Source: Azolla caroliniana (Eukaryota > Plantae > Polypodiophyta). Taken from it: DNA of 64,000 bases. The notes under the pieces are model-generated. The model ran no database searches. It had not been told where the DNA came from and was given only the letters and a program-made list of their open reading frames with translations. The DNA lies in assembly GCA_043228905.1 (NCBI GenBank), contig JBHGNT010000001.1, forward strand, positions 5,022,001 to 5,086,000. Direction: 5' to 3'. Shown here in pieces: positions 22,837-35,500 of this stretch. The first letter of the stretch is position 1, and every line of letters starts with the position of its first letter. A program made the translations under genes and the position numbers.

Positions 22837-25632
22837 ATGGACCCGCAAACGCTGTCGGAAGCTGCCAAGACATGGCTAAAGCAACACGGGCTCGAGGGCT
22901 TCTTGATGATGATGGAAGTACCGCCACACAAAGAAGCCGACAAAGTGATCAAAGAAATCGACACAGAGGTCATAACGGCAGAGGCGATTCGAGCGTTAAC
23001 AGGCCTTTCGGAGGGAGGCAGACTCACGATCGACAATCCAACCCCGGAGCAACTCATCAGGTATTTTGGTGAGTATTCTCTAGCCAGCAAGGGCTACCGG
23101 ACACAGGGCGGCGGAGACATGCTGTTCTGCGAGATTGCTCGTGTTCTCCACGAGTACGACCACGTGTACCCTAGACCCCCCTGTCATGCCGCAGAACCGG
23201 GCAGGGATGATCATTGCCACCTATGAAGGGATCAAGGTGGATTGGCCGGTATTGATCGCAGACGGGTTGTGTGCGGCCATCGAGATCGTCAGAGGCAAAG
23301 ACGGCAAAGAAGGCCGAGACGGACGGAGGATATGGCACGCAGTAACGCAATGGCTCACCTTGCTTGTGCCACCCGTCCAGCCCGTCCAACCCAAGAAGCG
23401 AGGAAGAGTGGCGGACGGCACCCCAAAGACGGCACCCCAAAGACGGCTTCCAAATGGCAACAACTGTTGGCCTCTAAGGCCACTAAGGGAAAGGCAGCGG
23501 ATGCAGAACAGGCGGCAACAGGAAGCGGCAGCAGGAAGCGCCCAACGGAGGCGCAGGAGGAACCACCGGCACGGCCCGTAAAGGTCACATTCCGCGGACC
23601 GGTGAATAGAGAAGTGGACCCCTTGGCGGCAAAACTCAATGCCGGAGCTCAGGAGGAGGAAATAGAGGAGGAGCCCACGGAGCACCTCCAGCGACGGTCG
23701 TCGGCAAGGACCGTTGAGACAACCGAGAAACGTTTGGACCCTCAGACGGAGGGAACACCGGTTCCCCTTAGTGAGACTCCCACGCTAATGAAGGAACCGG
23801 AACCGGTGCGCATGGCACCAGAAACAGAAGCCCCGGCACCACCGGCAACACCGGCAAGTCCCATCCTGCCAGAGCCGGAAAGGTCAATGCAGCCTCCCTC
23901 GGTCAGCCAAGAAGAAGCGCAAGAGGAATCAGGACAGCAGGGCGGTCCACGGGCAGAAACGGAACTGCAACTCGGCGCAACCAGGCGGGACCACCTATCT
24001 ACAAGTGAGCCCATCTGTCAAACCTCCGTGCAAGCACAACAAGGCACCGGTAGCCTGTGGCTCAGGTGGATAGGCGAACAGATAGCCGGAGCAGTGGGGT
24101 ATATTGAGGCGGAAGAAAGAGCGCAAAGCAAACGGTTGCTCGTCACAACCGAACAACTAGAGACGGCCCGGTCCAGAATCCGGTGCCTTGAAAAAGACTT
24201 GGATCAGGCCACGACAGAGATGGCCAAAATGGCCTTAACGGCAACACAGATCCAATCACCGGTGACTCCGGTAAGTGTACAGAATAAAGAAACGGAACGA
24301 CCTGTACATAGCAATAAGACCCCGACAACGGAAACCGTTCTGGCGAGAGATGCGGCGCAAGCCTAGGAGCTTGCGGAATTGAGAGATGAACTTGCCGCAC
24401 AAGAAGCGCTAAGGAGCCGTGAACGAGAATTGAAGACGGCGGCCGAAGCCGAATTAAAGAAGACTGCTGAGAACCTCAGCTGGGCAGAGGAGAGCCTCCG
24501 GAAAGGCCATCAAGCGTACGACCGGCTAAAGGAGGAGAAAGACAAAGTGCTGTAGGAAAAGGACAAGCTACGGAAAACGGTGGAAACAGAGATTGAACGG
24601 CTAAAGGAAGAGCTCCGCCAGCAGAAGGACCGCGAGGACCGGGCCCGTCGTCAGATCAACGCACGGCTCAAGCAAAAGACGGATGATTTTGAGCACCTGC
24701 ACCGGGACTACAAATGGCTGGAAACGGAGCATAAAGAACGGATGGCCGAGCTCCAGCAGGCAGTTGATCGGGCCGCGACGGCGATCGCCGACGAACGGGC
24801 GGAAAATACAAGACGCTTGGACGAGGCGGAGAAGGTCCGGATGGAGCTCCAGAGGCAGCAGTAGGAAGACAAAGAGAGAGCGTCAACAGTATTGCAGAAA
24901 TTACAAAGCACATATCAAAGGCAATTGACGCATTACAAGGCGCAGGCGGAGGACAACGTCAAAATCATCAAACAACTGAAGGAGGAACGACAAGCGGCGG
25001 AAACCAAATCGCAATTGGGAACAAGCTGAATTCAGTCCATCCTCCGGGCATGGCTGAATCAGACAAAACACTTGATTGATGAAAGCTCCGTAAAATGGTG
25101 GACAAAGTGGGCACAAAACGCAACGGAACTCCAGTTGCTACGGGCGGATGTGGCAAACCGGCGGAAGAAAGGAGATGAATGTTATACGTTGACTTCCGAG
25201 GACTTCACCGCCATACGGGACGAGCTGGCCGACGACTTCCAAGTCTTGGCAGATGAACAGCTGGCGCAGGTCAGGCAGCTCGTAGCTCAGCTAGACGATG
25301 ATAGGCTGGACGCTCAAATCCCGTTTGAAAGCTACGAGCGGTCCCGGGTGTGGGAAGAAAAAGCACGGGAAGCAGCAACGGTTAACCTTAGTGATGAGGA
25401 ACCGTCGCCGGCTGAGGGCCAGCCGGTAACCAGTCAACCGGAGACCACTACGACGCAGGGAGCAACGACGGAGACGCCGGTGTCAGAGCAACAAACGGAG
25501 GAACAACCGCAGCAGCCACCAACGAACCCGCCGCAACAGACATCAACACAACAACAACAACAACAACCACTTCTAGATGAACCATTGGAGCCTCTCGAAC
25601 AAAGCATTCTGGACATTTTGGACGAAGAATAG
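22837..25632 (+). pseudogene. Element C extra ORF downstream of pol (about 930 codons, disrupted)
   Basis: Consecutive sense ORF pieces: globular N-terminus (..YEGIKVDWPVLIADGL..QWLTLL), Pro/Glu-rich linker, long coiled coil, Gln-rich tail. Confidence 0.75.
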
Positions 25633-26816
25633 CAAGGGTCGGTTGTGGATTCGACGTACAAGGTACTGTCCCACAGGCGTGCCATGTGTTACCGGCCGGC
25701 AAAGGAGTCCAGAGTGGGAAACGGAGAGTTATTTAAGTAGTAGGAATGTGGTTGTAACTAAGCTATGAGTGTGGACAGACGGACTGGAAACGGTATGCCG
25801 TTCCGGATCCGGACCGATCCCGAACAGGTGCGGATGGCACCGTTTTGTAATACAGACCGGAAACCTATTTAAAGGCCCGGATACAATGTAATAGTTAGCG
25901 GTTAATTATTAAAAGTTTAGCGTTGTTATCTCTTTGTGTTAATTGCAGTTCTGTCTTAATTGTTATATCTTACGCGTGTGATTATGGAAGACAATCATAA
26001 TAAGTAACTTAATCAAGTAGGATTAAGCGTTGAAGTCTAATCCAGTTGCCATAACACCCTTTGGTGAAGTGTCTTCTGTAGACACCCTGTGTTAGGCCAT
26101 TGTCCGGCCCGAAGAGTTAACATGCATGCGGAAGTGAAGGAGCTCCGAGAAGCTCATAGTTCGTGGGAGGCCTTCGAAGAGGCACTCCTGCAGGCATATG
26201 GAGGACGACGGAAGAGCTGGGGACGACGCGGCTTCGACCAGTGGGTAGCATCGGCGAAGACCCACCGGGCGCAACGAAGGCGTTCCGAGAGTTTGAGCGA
26301 CGGCTTGCTCGACTCCTGGAGCGGGAACAAAGTTTGGTGGGGGCGGACAAAGTCCTGTTGTTTGTTAGGTTGATCGACTGAGCAGAACGAGAGGCCATCG
26401 GGATTGAGCTAGAAGACGAGGACGGAGCGAATGGCCTCACGGAGGACTAGACGAAGGTAGGAAGGGTATGCCAATGACTAGATGACGAAAGGGCCGAGAA
26501 GGCTAGGAGAAAGGCGCGCGAGGCACATGGGCTCTCCACGAAGCAGAGGCAACACAGTCCGAAATCCTGCAGAGAAAGACGAACTATGGAGGAGCGAGCT
26601 CGGTCTCGGTCCAACATCACTTCCTCCTCGCTCCCCAAAACGCGATATCTTTACCTCACTTCTCCCTCTCTTTTATAACCCAAGGAGGGAGGCTGTTACC
26701 ACTCGTTACATCATGTTTATTCCCTGTCCTTTTGGACAGGGATATGCCTCGATTTCCTCCCTACCGAATACGTACTACCTAGGATTTTGCCTCAGGCGAC
26801 TTGTACCTACCTACGT

Positions 26817-27539
26817 TGTCGTGAAGATTTTCGGCCACAAGCGGAAACCTGAGCAATGAGAGCCAAAGAGCGATGTGCAACGCTGCACACGTACATAATG
26901 TATTTGTAATAATAATAATGGTAAAGGGTATGGTGCTAGAAATGCCCCATAAGATCCCTAAGGTATAAAGGTGATGTGATCTTGTGCGCACATCCACGCT
27001 AGAGAGAGAGAGAGAGGTACTATGCGGTACATAGGTACCTAGTTGTTTGTGAGGAGGTGGGAGTTAAGGGGGCCATCAATCTCACCCTCCCCCAAATCAA
27101 GGCAAATATCCCCTTTCAATGAAAGGGGATATTTTAGTCTCACTTTTGTAAGCGGTCTTCCCTCCTTGTGCTATAAAAGGAGAGGGAAGGCACCATTGTG
27201 GGGGTTGCCTATTTTGAGTGTGCGAGGTATACCACATAGGTCGAGCGTTAGGGTTAGGGTTAGGGTTTCTTTGTCTTTTCTTCATCTTCGTCGGTTAGGG
27301 TTTCGAGTAGTCGTTTGGTGCGGCCTACGCGGCCACCGTTTTGTAATCGTTCATTTCGTTTTAATATATCTTGTTGATAATCTTGTCTCTATCTTCCTCT
27401 TGTTCGATCTAATCTCTTGTTCATTCTTCTTCTTCTTGAGCAAAGCTTCCATTCCATGTCCGATTCCTTCTCCTCTACTCCTTAGTCCAAGATCCTCGTG
27501 GTCCCACCCTTCTCCATGCACGCGCGTAGCAACGCGACA
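26817..27539 (+). mobile_element. Solo LTR related to element B LTR (723 bp)
   Basis: TGTCGTGAAGATTTTCGGC...ACGCGACA with 4-bp TSD ACGT (26813-26816, 27540-27543) and the shared TATA core. It sits inside a minus-strand LTR-like fragment (about 26560-27554). Confidence 0.85.
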
Positions 27540-29972
27540 ACGTACTATACAACAAAACTTGTGCCCACGTGTAAGGGCCGGTTTACGAATGTTATACCTG
27601 GTTTCCGCCTAGATGGTAGAAGATCGGTACGACGATACCACAAGAGAGGGTGTGGAACAAAACGCTCTCTCGGCTTGCAGAGATAGAACGACCAAGGACA
27701 AGGCCGAGATACCGATCGCAGAATCGGAATGTTGGGACCAGCGGTTTCGGGCACGTCAACCCGGAACTCTGGACATTGGAGAAGCAAGCCCAGGCAGGGC
27801 TTGCGCAATGGATAAAAAGACGACCACCGACCACGAGGAGTCAGTGGCTACAGACAAGGGCGTAAATAGGACGGGTGATTCTACGCGTCTTCCCACACTT
27901 GCTCCCGAGACGATGGCAATCGGGCCCGAGTGCCCACGTGAGTCCCAAGAGGAGGAAGGCGGCAGTGTGAAATCGAGAATTGCCGGCGAGACGATACGGG
28001 GAAGGAACGGACAAGAGCCCTCGGAACCACTTCCAGAGAACTCAGCATTCGGGCCCTTACGCCCACGTGAAACCGAGGAGATGGATGACGGTATCGAGGA
28101 GTCCTTGCACGATGCCAACGAAAATGGATGGGGAATGGCCTGCGAGAAGGTCGACGAAAGGACTAAGAAACTACCTGACTAGGGACCTAACCGCGCGGCA
28201 CTCCGACCGGGTGGAGTGCAATCTGGTTGTGGATTATTCGACCAGGGTCAGAATCGGCATGACGGTGCCGATACGGGAGAGGGTGCGGAACAAGTCGCCC
28301 TCTTTTACATGGGGAGAAAGACCGACCAATTGAAGGTCGGGAATCAAAAGGAAGATGATCGATGGTATAGAACGAGTCCGGCAGGATCGACATTGGAGCT
28401 GGACCTCCGGACATTGGAGAATCAAGCCTAGGCGGAGCTTGATCAATCATAGAGCAGATGTTATCCACTGGCACCACTAAGAGGGTCGGTGGCCCCAGAT
28501 GAGTCGTCGGGAGTCGTTACGAAATCGGTGTCCGCACATCTTTACCTGAGACTTCGGTAGTTTGGTCGGCATGGCAATGTGAGACCGAAAGAGATGGAAG
28601 ATGGAGGCTGGAACATAGCAAGGAGAGCGACGACGAGTTCGGTAAAAGTACAACGGACAAAGTGGAGAACGAAGACTGGTCCTATGGATCACCTCACACC
28701 AGGCTAGAGACTTCGGCGATTGGCATCAGATCCGACGTAAGACCAAGATACTGATGGTGGTAGCGAGAGAACGGGACCCGGCAATCCAGAGAATGACGAA
28801 CGGATCCGGACGAGAACCGGGAGGAGCGGACTTCTGGATAACCGATCTGGAAGAGAGGAGAGAGAAGGCCTACGAAGAGGCCGAGAACGTGGTGCATCGG
28901 GAGAGGGTGTGGAGCAAGCCAGCCTCTCGACTTGCAGAGAAAGGCGACCCAAGATAAGGGTCCGAGATACGACGAGCCCAAGGAGGATCCTTCACACTAG
29001 TTCTAAGACTCCGGCGGTCGGCCCGAGAGCCGGAGTTAGACCTAGAGTGACGAATGGTGGCGGCGAGGGGACAAAGGCAAAGGACTGAGGATGGGCGATT
29101 TGCGGAGATCCTCACACCGATCCGGTGGTCGGCTCGAGTGCCGGCGTGAGTCCTATAGGAGAGATCAGTGGCGATAGGTGAACGTGACCAATAGAAGTCG
29201 ACACGGAGGTCGGGACTACGGCAAGCGGTGCTGCCGCAACCTTACACACATCGGTTCTAGACACTTCGGTGGTCGGCCCGAGAGCCAGCGTGAGACCAAG
29301 ACCCTAGCGGTTCCCACCCAACTCACGCAATGATCCGGCTTTCGGCACCAGATCGTTGCGTGAGTCGGGTCGGAACCACTAGGGTTTTGGACTAGGAGGA
29401 GGAAGAATTTGAGACTAATTAGAATATAGATAGGTTGTAGGAAAGAGATATAGAAACCTCGTGAATCCCACGAATATAATTTATTAATTGGTGTTTTTTA
29501 GAAATATATCCAATTTCCAAAAGATTTCACACACTTATTACATTGTGCTCCCCATCCTTATATAATGATGAGAGAGTCTTAGCAATCCATGCTTTTTCTA
29601 TCAATAGACTATATGCTTTATCTAACATGCTTATTTTTTTTAAAGTAATCATGCTTTTTCTAATTTGATGCGTTTTTTATCGACTATAGTGTTCATGCAC
29701 GCTAGATGTGCATGTGTAGCTTTTTCTTTTATCATGCATTTTCTTCTAACTAAAGTTTACCCTAGTGTGTACATACCTTTCTATGTGGGACGTCTACTTT
29801 TTTAACACTAATGACATATTAGTGTGATGGTAAACATTATATACATGAAGGTACAAGGTTCAAATCTTGCCCTATGCATGTATGATGTATTTTAACATTT
29901 TCTTCTATTTCTTCATTTTTATTGAATCAGTTATTTTATACGTTTTTCACGTAGTGTACGAAATACACTACG

Positions 29973-32112
29973 ATAGCGTTAGCATGGTTCGCTCCATTGT
30001 TGGAAAATGAATCTCCATTACTAAACAATTTTGAAGAATTTATAAGTGAATTTAAGGCATGTTTTGGAGATTGACATTACACGTCGTCGAGGGCCATTAT
30101 CCGAAGAAGAAAAGCAGCGACGCCGAGCAAATCGACTATGTCTTTATTGCGGTGGACTAGGGCATATTGCAGTAAATTGTCCCCATAGGCCAAGAAGATA
30201 GGTAAACCAAATAGTTGCTAGTTCTAATTGTACTAAACCCGAGTCTATTTCAGTAGGAATATCTAATAGTCCTTATAGTACTAATAGCCTAGATCTAGGG
30301 AACAAATTTGATGTCCTTAGTTAGTTAGGAGAAGAGTTAAACGACTAAGTCCAACCAAAATAGGAGCCATTTGGTTGGACAACCCTAGATCTGTGCAGCC
30401 CAATAGTGGTTCCATTCCCTCGAAGCAAGTTAGCAATGTGTTCGTAGCCCAAGTAATAGTTAGTACTAAAAGTACCCCTCCAGTACATGTCTTAGCACTT
30501 CTAGATTCTGGAGCTAATTCTTGTTTCATGGATAGGAATTTTGCCCAAGCTCATCAGATATCTCTCAGAAAACTCCCGTGTCCAGCCTTTATAGTAGTCA
30601 TTGATGGTCGTCCCATTGCTTCCGGAAATATCATAGAAGAGTTAGAGCCCGTTAATATTGTCCTAGATAACTTAGCGTGTGAAGTATCATTTAATATAAT
30701 TAGTATCCCAGAACATCCCATTGTTTTGGGATTACCATGGTTCGAGTTACATAACCCAGACATAGATTGGAGAACAAGAGAAATATGGTGTCGACAAACC
30801 CGAGGATCTACTCATAAGATTGCAACCATTTCGCTACATCAGTTGCGTGAGGAAGGACGCAAGAAAGAAATGTTTCTCTTCGCAATATCAATAAAACCCT
30901 CCAGCACCACTAAAGAGGAGTCCATCGTTCAACTCCCAAAGAAGTATCGTCATTATGCCGATGTGTTCGATAAAGTACAAGACAATATGCTTCCTCACCG
31001 TCGTCCATATGATTGCCCCATCGATTTACAATCGGGAAAGGAGCCACCATGGGGACCGATCTACAATTTGTCACCAACCGAGCTGGAAGTCCGTTGAGCC
31101 TATATAGAGGAGAATTTGGAAAATGGTTTCATTCGACATTCGAAATCTCCAACCGGCGCACCCATTTTCTTCATCAAGAAAAAGGATGGATCACTTCGTC
31201 TCGTTGTAGATTACCGTGGCTTGAATAAGGTTATAATCAGAAATAGGTATGCACTTCCCTGTATCTCAAGTCTTTTAGAACGTATCAATGGTGCAAGGTT
31301 CTTCACAAAGATTGACTTACGAGGGAGCCTATAACCTCGTACAGATCTGACCAGGAGATGAATGGAAGACCGTATTTCGTACCAGATATGCGCACTTCGA
31401 GTATACGGTCATGCCGTTCGGCCTCACTAATGCGCTAGCAGACTTCTAGCACATGGCAAATGATATATTTCGAGATCTATTGGATGTTTGTTTGATCTTA
31501 GTTCATTCGAAGACCCAAGAAGATCATGATTATCATGTACTATTAGTACTAAAATGACTTCGAGAACATGGTCTTTATGCAAAGCTGGAAAAATGTAGTT
31601 TCGGGTGCAACCAGGTGGAATTTCTAGGCTATGTCATCTCTGCGGAAGGCATCTCCATGGATCCCGCTAAAGTCAAGATAGTGGTAGAGTGGAAAACTCC
31701 GTGTTCATTGCGAGATGTGCAATGTTTTTTAGGCTTCGCCAATTTCTACCACAAGTTTATAAAGGATTACTCAAAGCTTGTTTTGCCTCTTACACAACTT
31801 ACTAAGAAGGGACAATCATTCATTTGATCTGAAGAAGCGGACATGGCTTTTGAGAATCTTAAGAAGGCATTTACATCGGCTCCAATTCTAGCTCACGTTG
31901 ATCTAGAAAAACCATTCATCATTGAAGCAGACGCACCGGATTTCGCATTGGGGAGCATTCTGTCACAACGAGGTAATGATGAAAAGCTACATCATGTGGC
32001 TTTTCACTCACACAAGTTTGATGCCGCCGAAATCAACTACGAAATTCATGATAAGGAGCTATTGGCAATAGTGGACTCTTTTACGCAATGGAGGCATTTT
32101 ATAGAGGGATCC
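29973..32112 (+). pseudogene. Element A gag C-terminus, protease, RT and RNase H (disrupted)
   Basis: [14 protein letters not shown] knuckle, [39 protein letters not shown]; many stops and indels. Confidence 0.92.
30336..30380 (+). promoter_or_regulatory. Putative -1 ribosomal frameshift signal at the gag/pol junction of A
   Basis: G TTA AAC in gag phase, 6-nt spacer, and a perfect 11-bp stem GTCCAACCAAA/TTTGGTTGGAC; the pol ORF is in the -1 frame. Confidence 0.8.
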
Positions 32113-32593
32113 TGTTAAGAGTCTATTACTAATCAATAGACCAAATCAAGTAAAAAGGAAGAAAATAGATTGGATAGAAGAACCCGTTCCACCCGACCAC
32201 CCCCGAGCTATGATCTAGACATAGCCAACCTACCACCGACGTCCCATACCGCCGGATATTAGGATGACTAATACCTTGGAAGAGATAAACACGATCGTCG
32301 AGACGAAAGCCTAGCCCGCACCACCGGTGTCTACGACAGCAGCCTTCCGACGTGATGATCCCTATGAGGGTAGCTAAGCCTCATATTTATACCTTTTCCT
32401 AGGCCCCTTGAATAGATGTGCCTTTCTAAAAGGCTCTCTATTCATTGGTTGTCTAAATCATGATAGTGCATGCACATATCATTCATTCTATCCAATCATT
32501 AGTCCCCTTTTTAATAATAGTGAACATACCCTTCACTAATGTAAATATTAGTGACCTACCCTCACCAACGTTATGTGTACATAACATACTCCC

Positions 32594-35500
32594 CTACTTC
32601 AAAAGATTGCACTCTTGCAATATAAAGTGAGGAAATTGTGCCTTAAGCGAATGCTCGCGTTCCCATGTGGCATCATCAATAGGTTTATCCATCCATTTGA
32701 TCTTGAATAGCCGAATCTCTTTAGAACGTAAACGTTTAGTACGAGAATCAAGAATTCGTTCAGGAACATGAGGTTTGTAAGAAAAATCCTCTAATGTTAC
32801 AAGATCTTGGATTGTGATGGTGTTATCACCAGAGCCTAAAAATGGTTTTAGACGACTGACGTGAAAAACAGGATGAATACCAACGTTACGAGGTAAGGCA
32901 AGGTGATAAGCAGATGACCCAACTCGCTTAAGGATTTCAAATGGGCCACAATATCGTGGGGCTAACTTAGCGCACTTGCCCGTAGATAATGACGTAGAAT
33001 CAGTCGGGACACGCAAAAAAACTTTTTGACCAATAGTAAATGCACGAGGACGTCTATCCTGATCAGCATAAAATCGAGCACGATCTTGAGCTGTCTTGAC
33101 ATTTTCTTTGGCAATATGCAACATTTGGTTCATGTCTTGCAAAAAATTGCGTGTACTGTCTAATGTATCACGATGAATCGTGACATCAACTGGGGCACGT
33201 TTCTGAAAACCATACATCAACATAAAAGGACTATATCCAGTGGATGTATGTTTAGAGCTATTATAGGCAAATTCTAAGATAGGAAGGTATTGCTCCCACT
33301 TAGAAGGGGTTTTTGCTACATAAGCTCGAAGCATGTTCTCAATAATTTGATTAACTCGTTCAGTTTGTCCATCAGACTGAGGATGATTTGCGGAACTCAT
33401 GCTCAACGTAGTTTCTAGTTTCTTAAAGACCTGAGTCCAAAAGTCACTAGTAAACTTGGAATCTCGATCACTAACAATATCCATCGGTAATCCATAAAAA
33501 CGAAATAACTCATCAACAAATTGATAAGCCAACTGTTGAGCGGTTACCGTGGTTTTTGTAGGAATAAATCTAGCTAATTTTGTTAGCCTGTCAACGACAA
33601 CCCATATGGCATCATGACCCCTCTGTGTACGAGGTAAACTAACAATAAAATCCATCGAGATACTTTCCCATTTATTGTTGGGAATATCTAAGGGATGTAA
33701 AAGACCAGCAGCTTTAAGTCGTTCCGACTTATTAATCTGACATTGTAAGCATTGAGTTACGTATTTATGCACGTCAGAGCGCATCTTAGGCCAGAAAAAA
33801 GTACACGAGATGAGAACGAGTGTGCGTTGTATTCCAGGATGACCAGCAGATGGTGCATCATGACATTCATGAAAAAAATTTCTGTTTAACATTTGGTAAA
33901 TCTGGAACACAGACCTTTCCACTACGGTAGAGCAAACCGTTTGTAATGTGAAAGGTCGCCTTCGAGGGTAGGGTGCTATTATCGGCATCCAAACCAGATT
34001 CGGCTTTCGTCCAGTATTTTGAGAAATAACTGTCATCAAGGTATTTCCCTCGAAGGTGATCTAAAAGATCAGATTTTATTTCCGTGAAGCTAAGCATGTT
34101 AACTTCTTTAATGCGACTAAGAGCATCAGCAACGGTGTTCATAGAACCCTTGCGATATCGTATGGAAAAATCAAAATCTTGCATAAGGTCAGCCCAACGG
34201 CCTTTACGACCAACAAGATCGGGCTGGTCAGAAAAATACTTTAATGATTGATGGTCTGTTGTAACCACAAATTTATTTCCATAGAGATAGTGCCTCCATG
34301 TTTTAAGTGCGTGTATCACCGCAAACAACTCTTTCTCTTGAACCGAATACCGAGATTGAGCAGCATCAAGCTTCTTACTTTCAAAAGCGATCGGGTGACC
34401 ACCTTGATAAAGAACGACACCAATAGCATAATCACTAGCATCGGTTTCAATTGAGAAAGGCTTAGAAGGGTCTGGTAATAGAAGAGTGGGATCCTGACAC
34501 ACATGCTCCTTGAGTGTCTCAAATGATTTGTCAAGTTGTTCATTCCATGAAATTGGTTTGACAGACTTACGTGGATGACCTTTTAAAAGGTCAGTTAATG
34601 GCGTAGTCAATTTGGAATAGTTACGAATTGATTTTCGTAAAAATCCAACAAACCCTAAGAATGATCTAAGTTCACGAATATTACGAGGAATGGGCCAAAG
34701 TTTAACCTTTTCAATACGAGAAGGTTCAATTTCAACGCCATTTTCTGTAATTAAATGACCTAGGTACACAATAGATTTTTGGAAGAAGTCACATTTTGAA
34801 TGTTTTGCATAGAAAGAGTTGTCACGCAACTTTCGCAAAACAAATCGAACATGTTGAACATGATCTTGCAAGGTACGGCTATATATCAAAATATCATCCA
34901 AGAAGACGACAACAAAATCACCGAGTTGATCTCGGAAAACATCATTCATCGCTTGTTGGAATGTGGCTGGGGCATTAGTCAACCCAAATGGCATGACTAA
35001 AAACTCATAATGGCCATAGCGCGTACAAAAAGCGGTTTTAGGGATATCATCCTTGGCGATGCGAATCTGATGATAACCAGTTCGTAAGTCAATTTTCGTA
35101 AAATATCGAGCCTCGTGCAAACGATCAAGCAAATCATCGGCACGAGGTAATGGATATGCATTCTTAATTGTCATTTTATTCAAACGGCGATAATTGATAC
35201 ACATTCGCCACGAACCTTCCTTCTTCTTGACTAATAGAACTGGCGCACCCCAAGGTGATTTACTATACCTAATGTGGCCCATACTCAAGTATTCCTTAAG
35301 TTGTTTAGCGATCTCATCCTCTTCTAATCGACTAAGTCGGTAAGGTGGAATGTTCACAGGAGCAGCCCCAGGGATGAGTTCAATTTGATGGTCCACATTA
35401 CGTTTAGGTGGTAAAGTAAGCGGTAATTCAGTAGGAAACACATCTTGAAAATCCTCTAAAATAGAGTCGAGTAATCGTTGCTCAAAATGTGGTAATTGTG

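Larger units (their letters stand above)
16195..26122 (+). mobile_element. Element C: full-length non-chromovirus Ty3/gypsy retrotransposon with an extra 3' ORF
   Basis: 436-bp LTRs 16195-16630 and 25687-26122 (TG..CA, about 12 differences by hand count); 5-bp TSD TGCAT; PBS-like TGGCGACCACGA at 16638-16649 (tRNA-Arg-like). Confidence 0.96.
13217..29408 (+). mobile_element. Element B: gag-only (non-autonomous) LTR retroelement with its 3' LTR lost
   Basis: LTR 13217-13944, PBS, and gag starting at ATG 13982 that can be re-joined across nested inserts (MELEEDDFAQLFVEA|VREFG..RFNGDKVPFYL..RMH|AEVKEL..). No pol domains. Purine tract AGGAGGAGGAAGAA near 29394. The right boundary is inferred. Confidence 0.65.

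Noticed and set aside
22837-25632. Retroviral envelope gene
   Set aside because: No evident signal peptide or transmembrane segment; kept as an extra ORF of unknown function.
26817-27539. 3' LTR of element B
   Set aside because: Too divergent internally from 13217-13944, flanked by its own ACGT TSD, and not preceded by a PPT.
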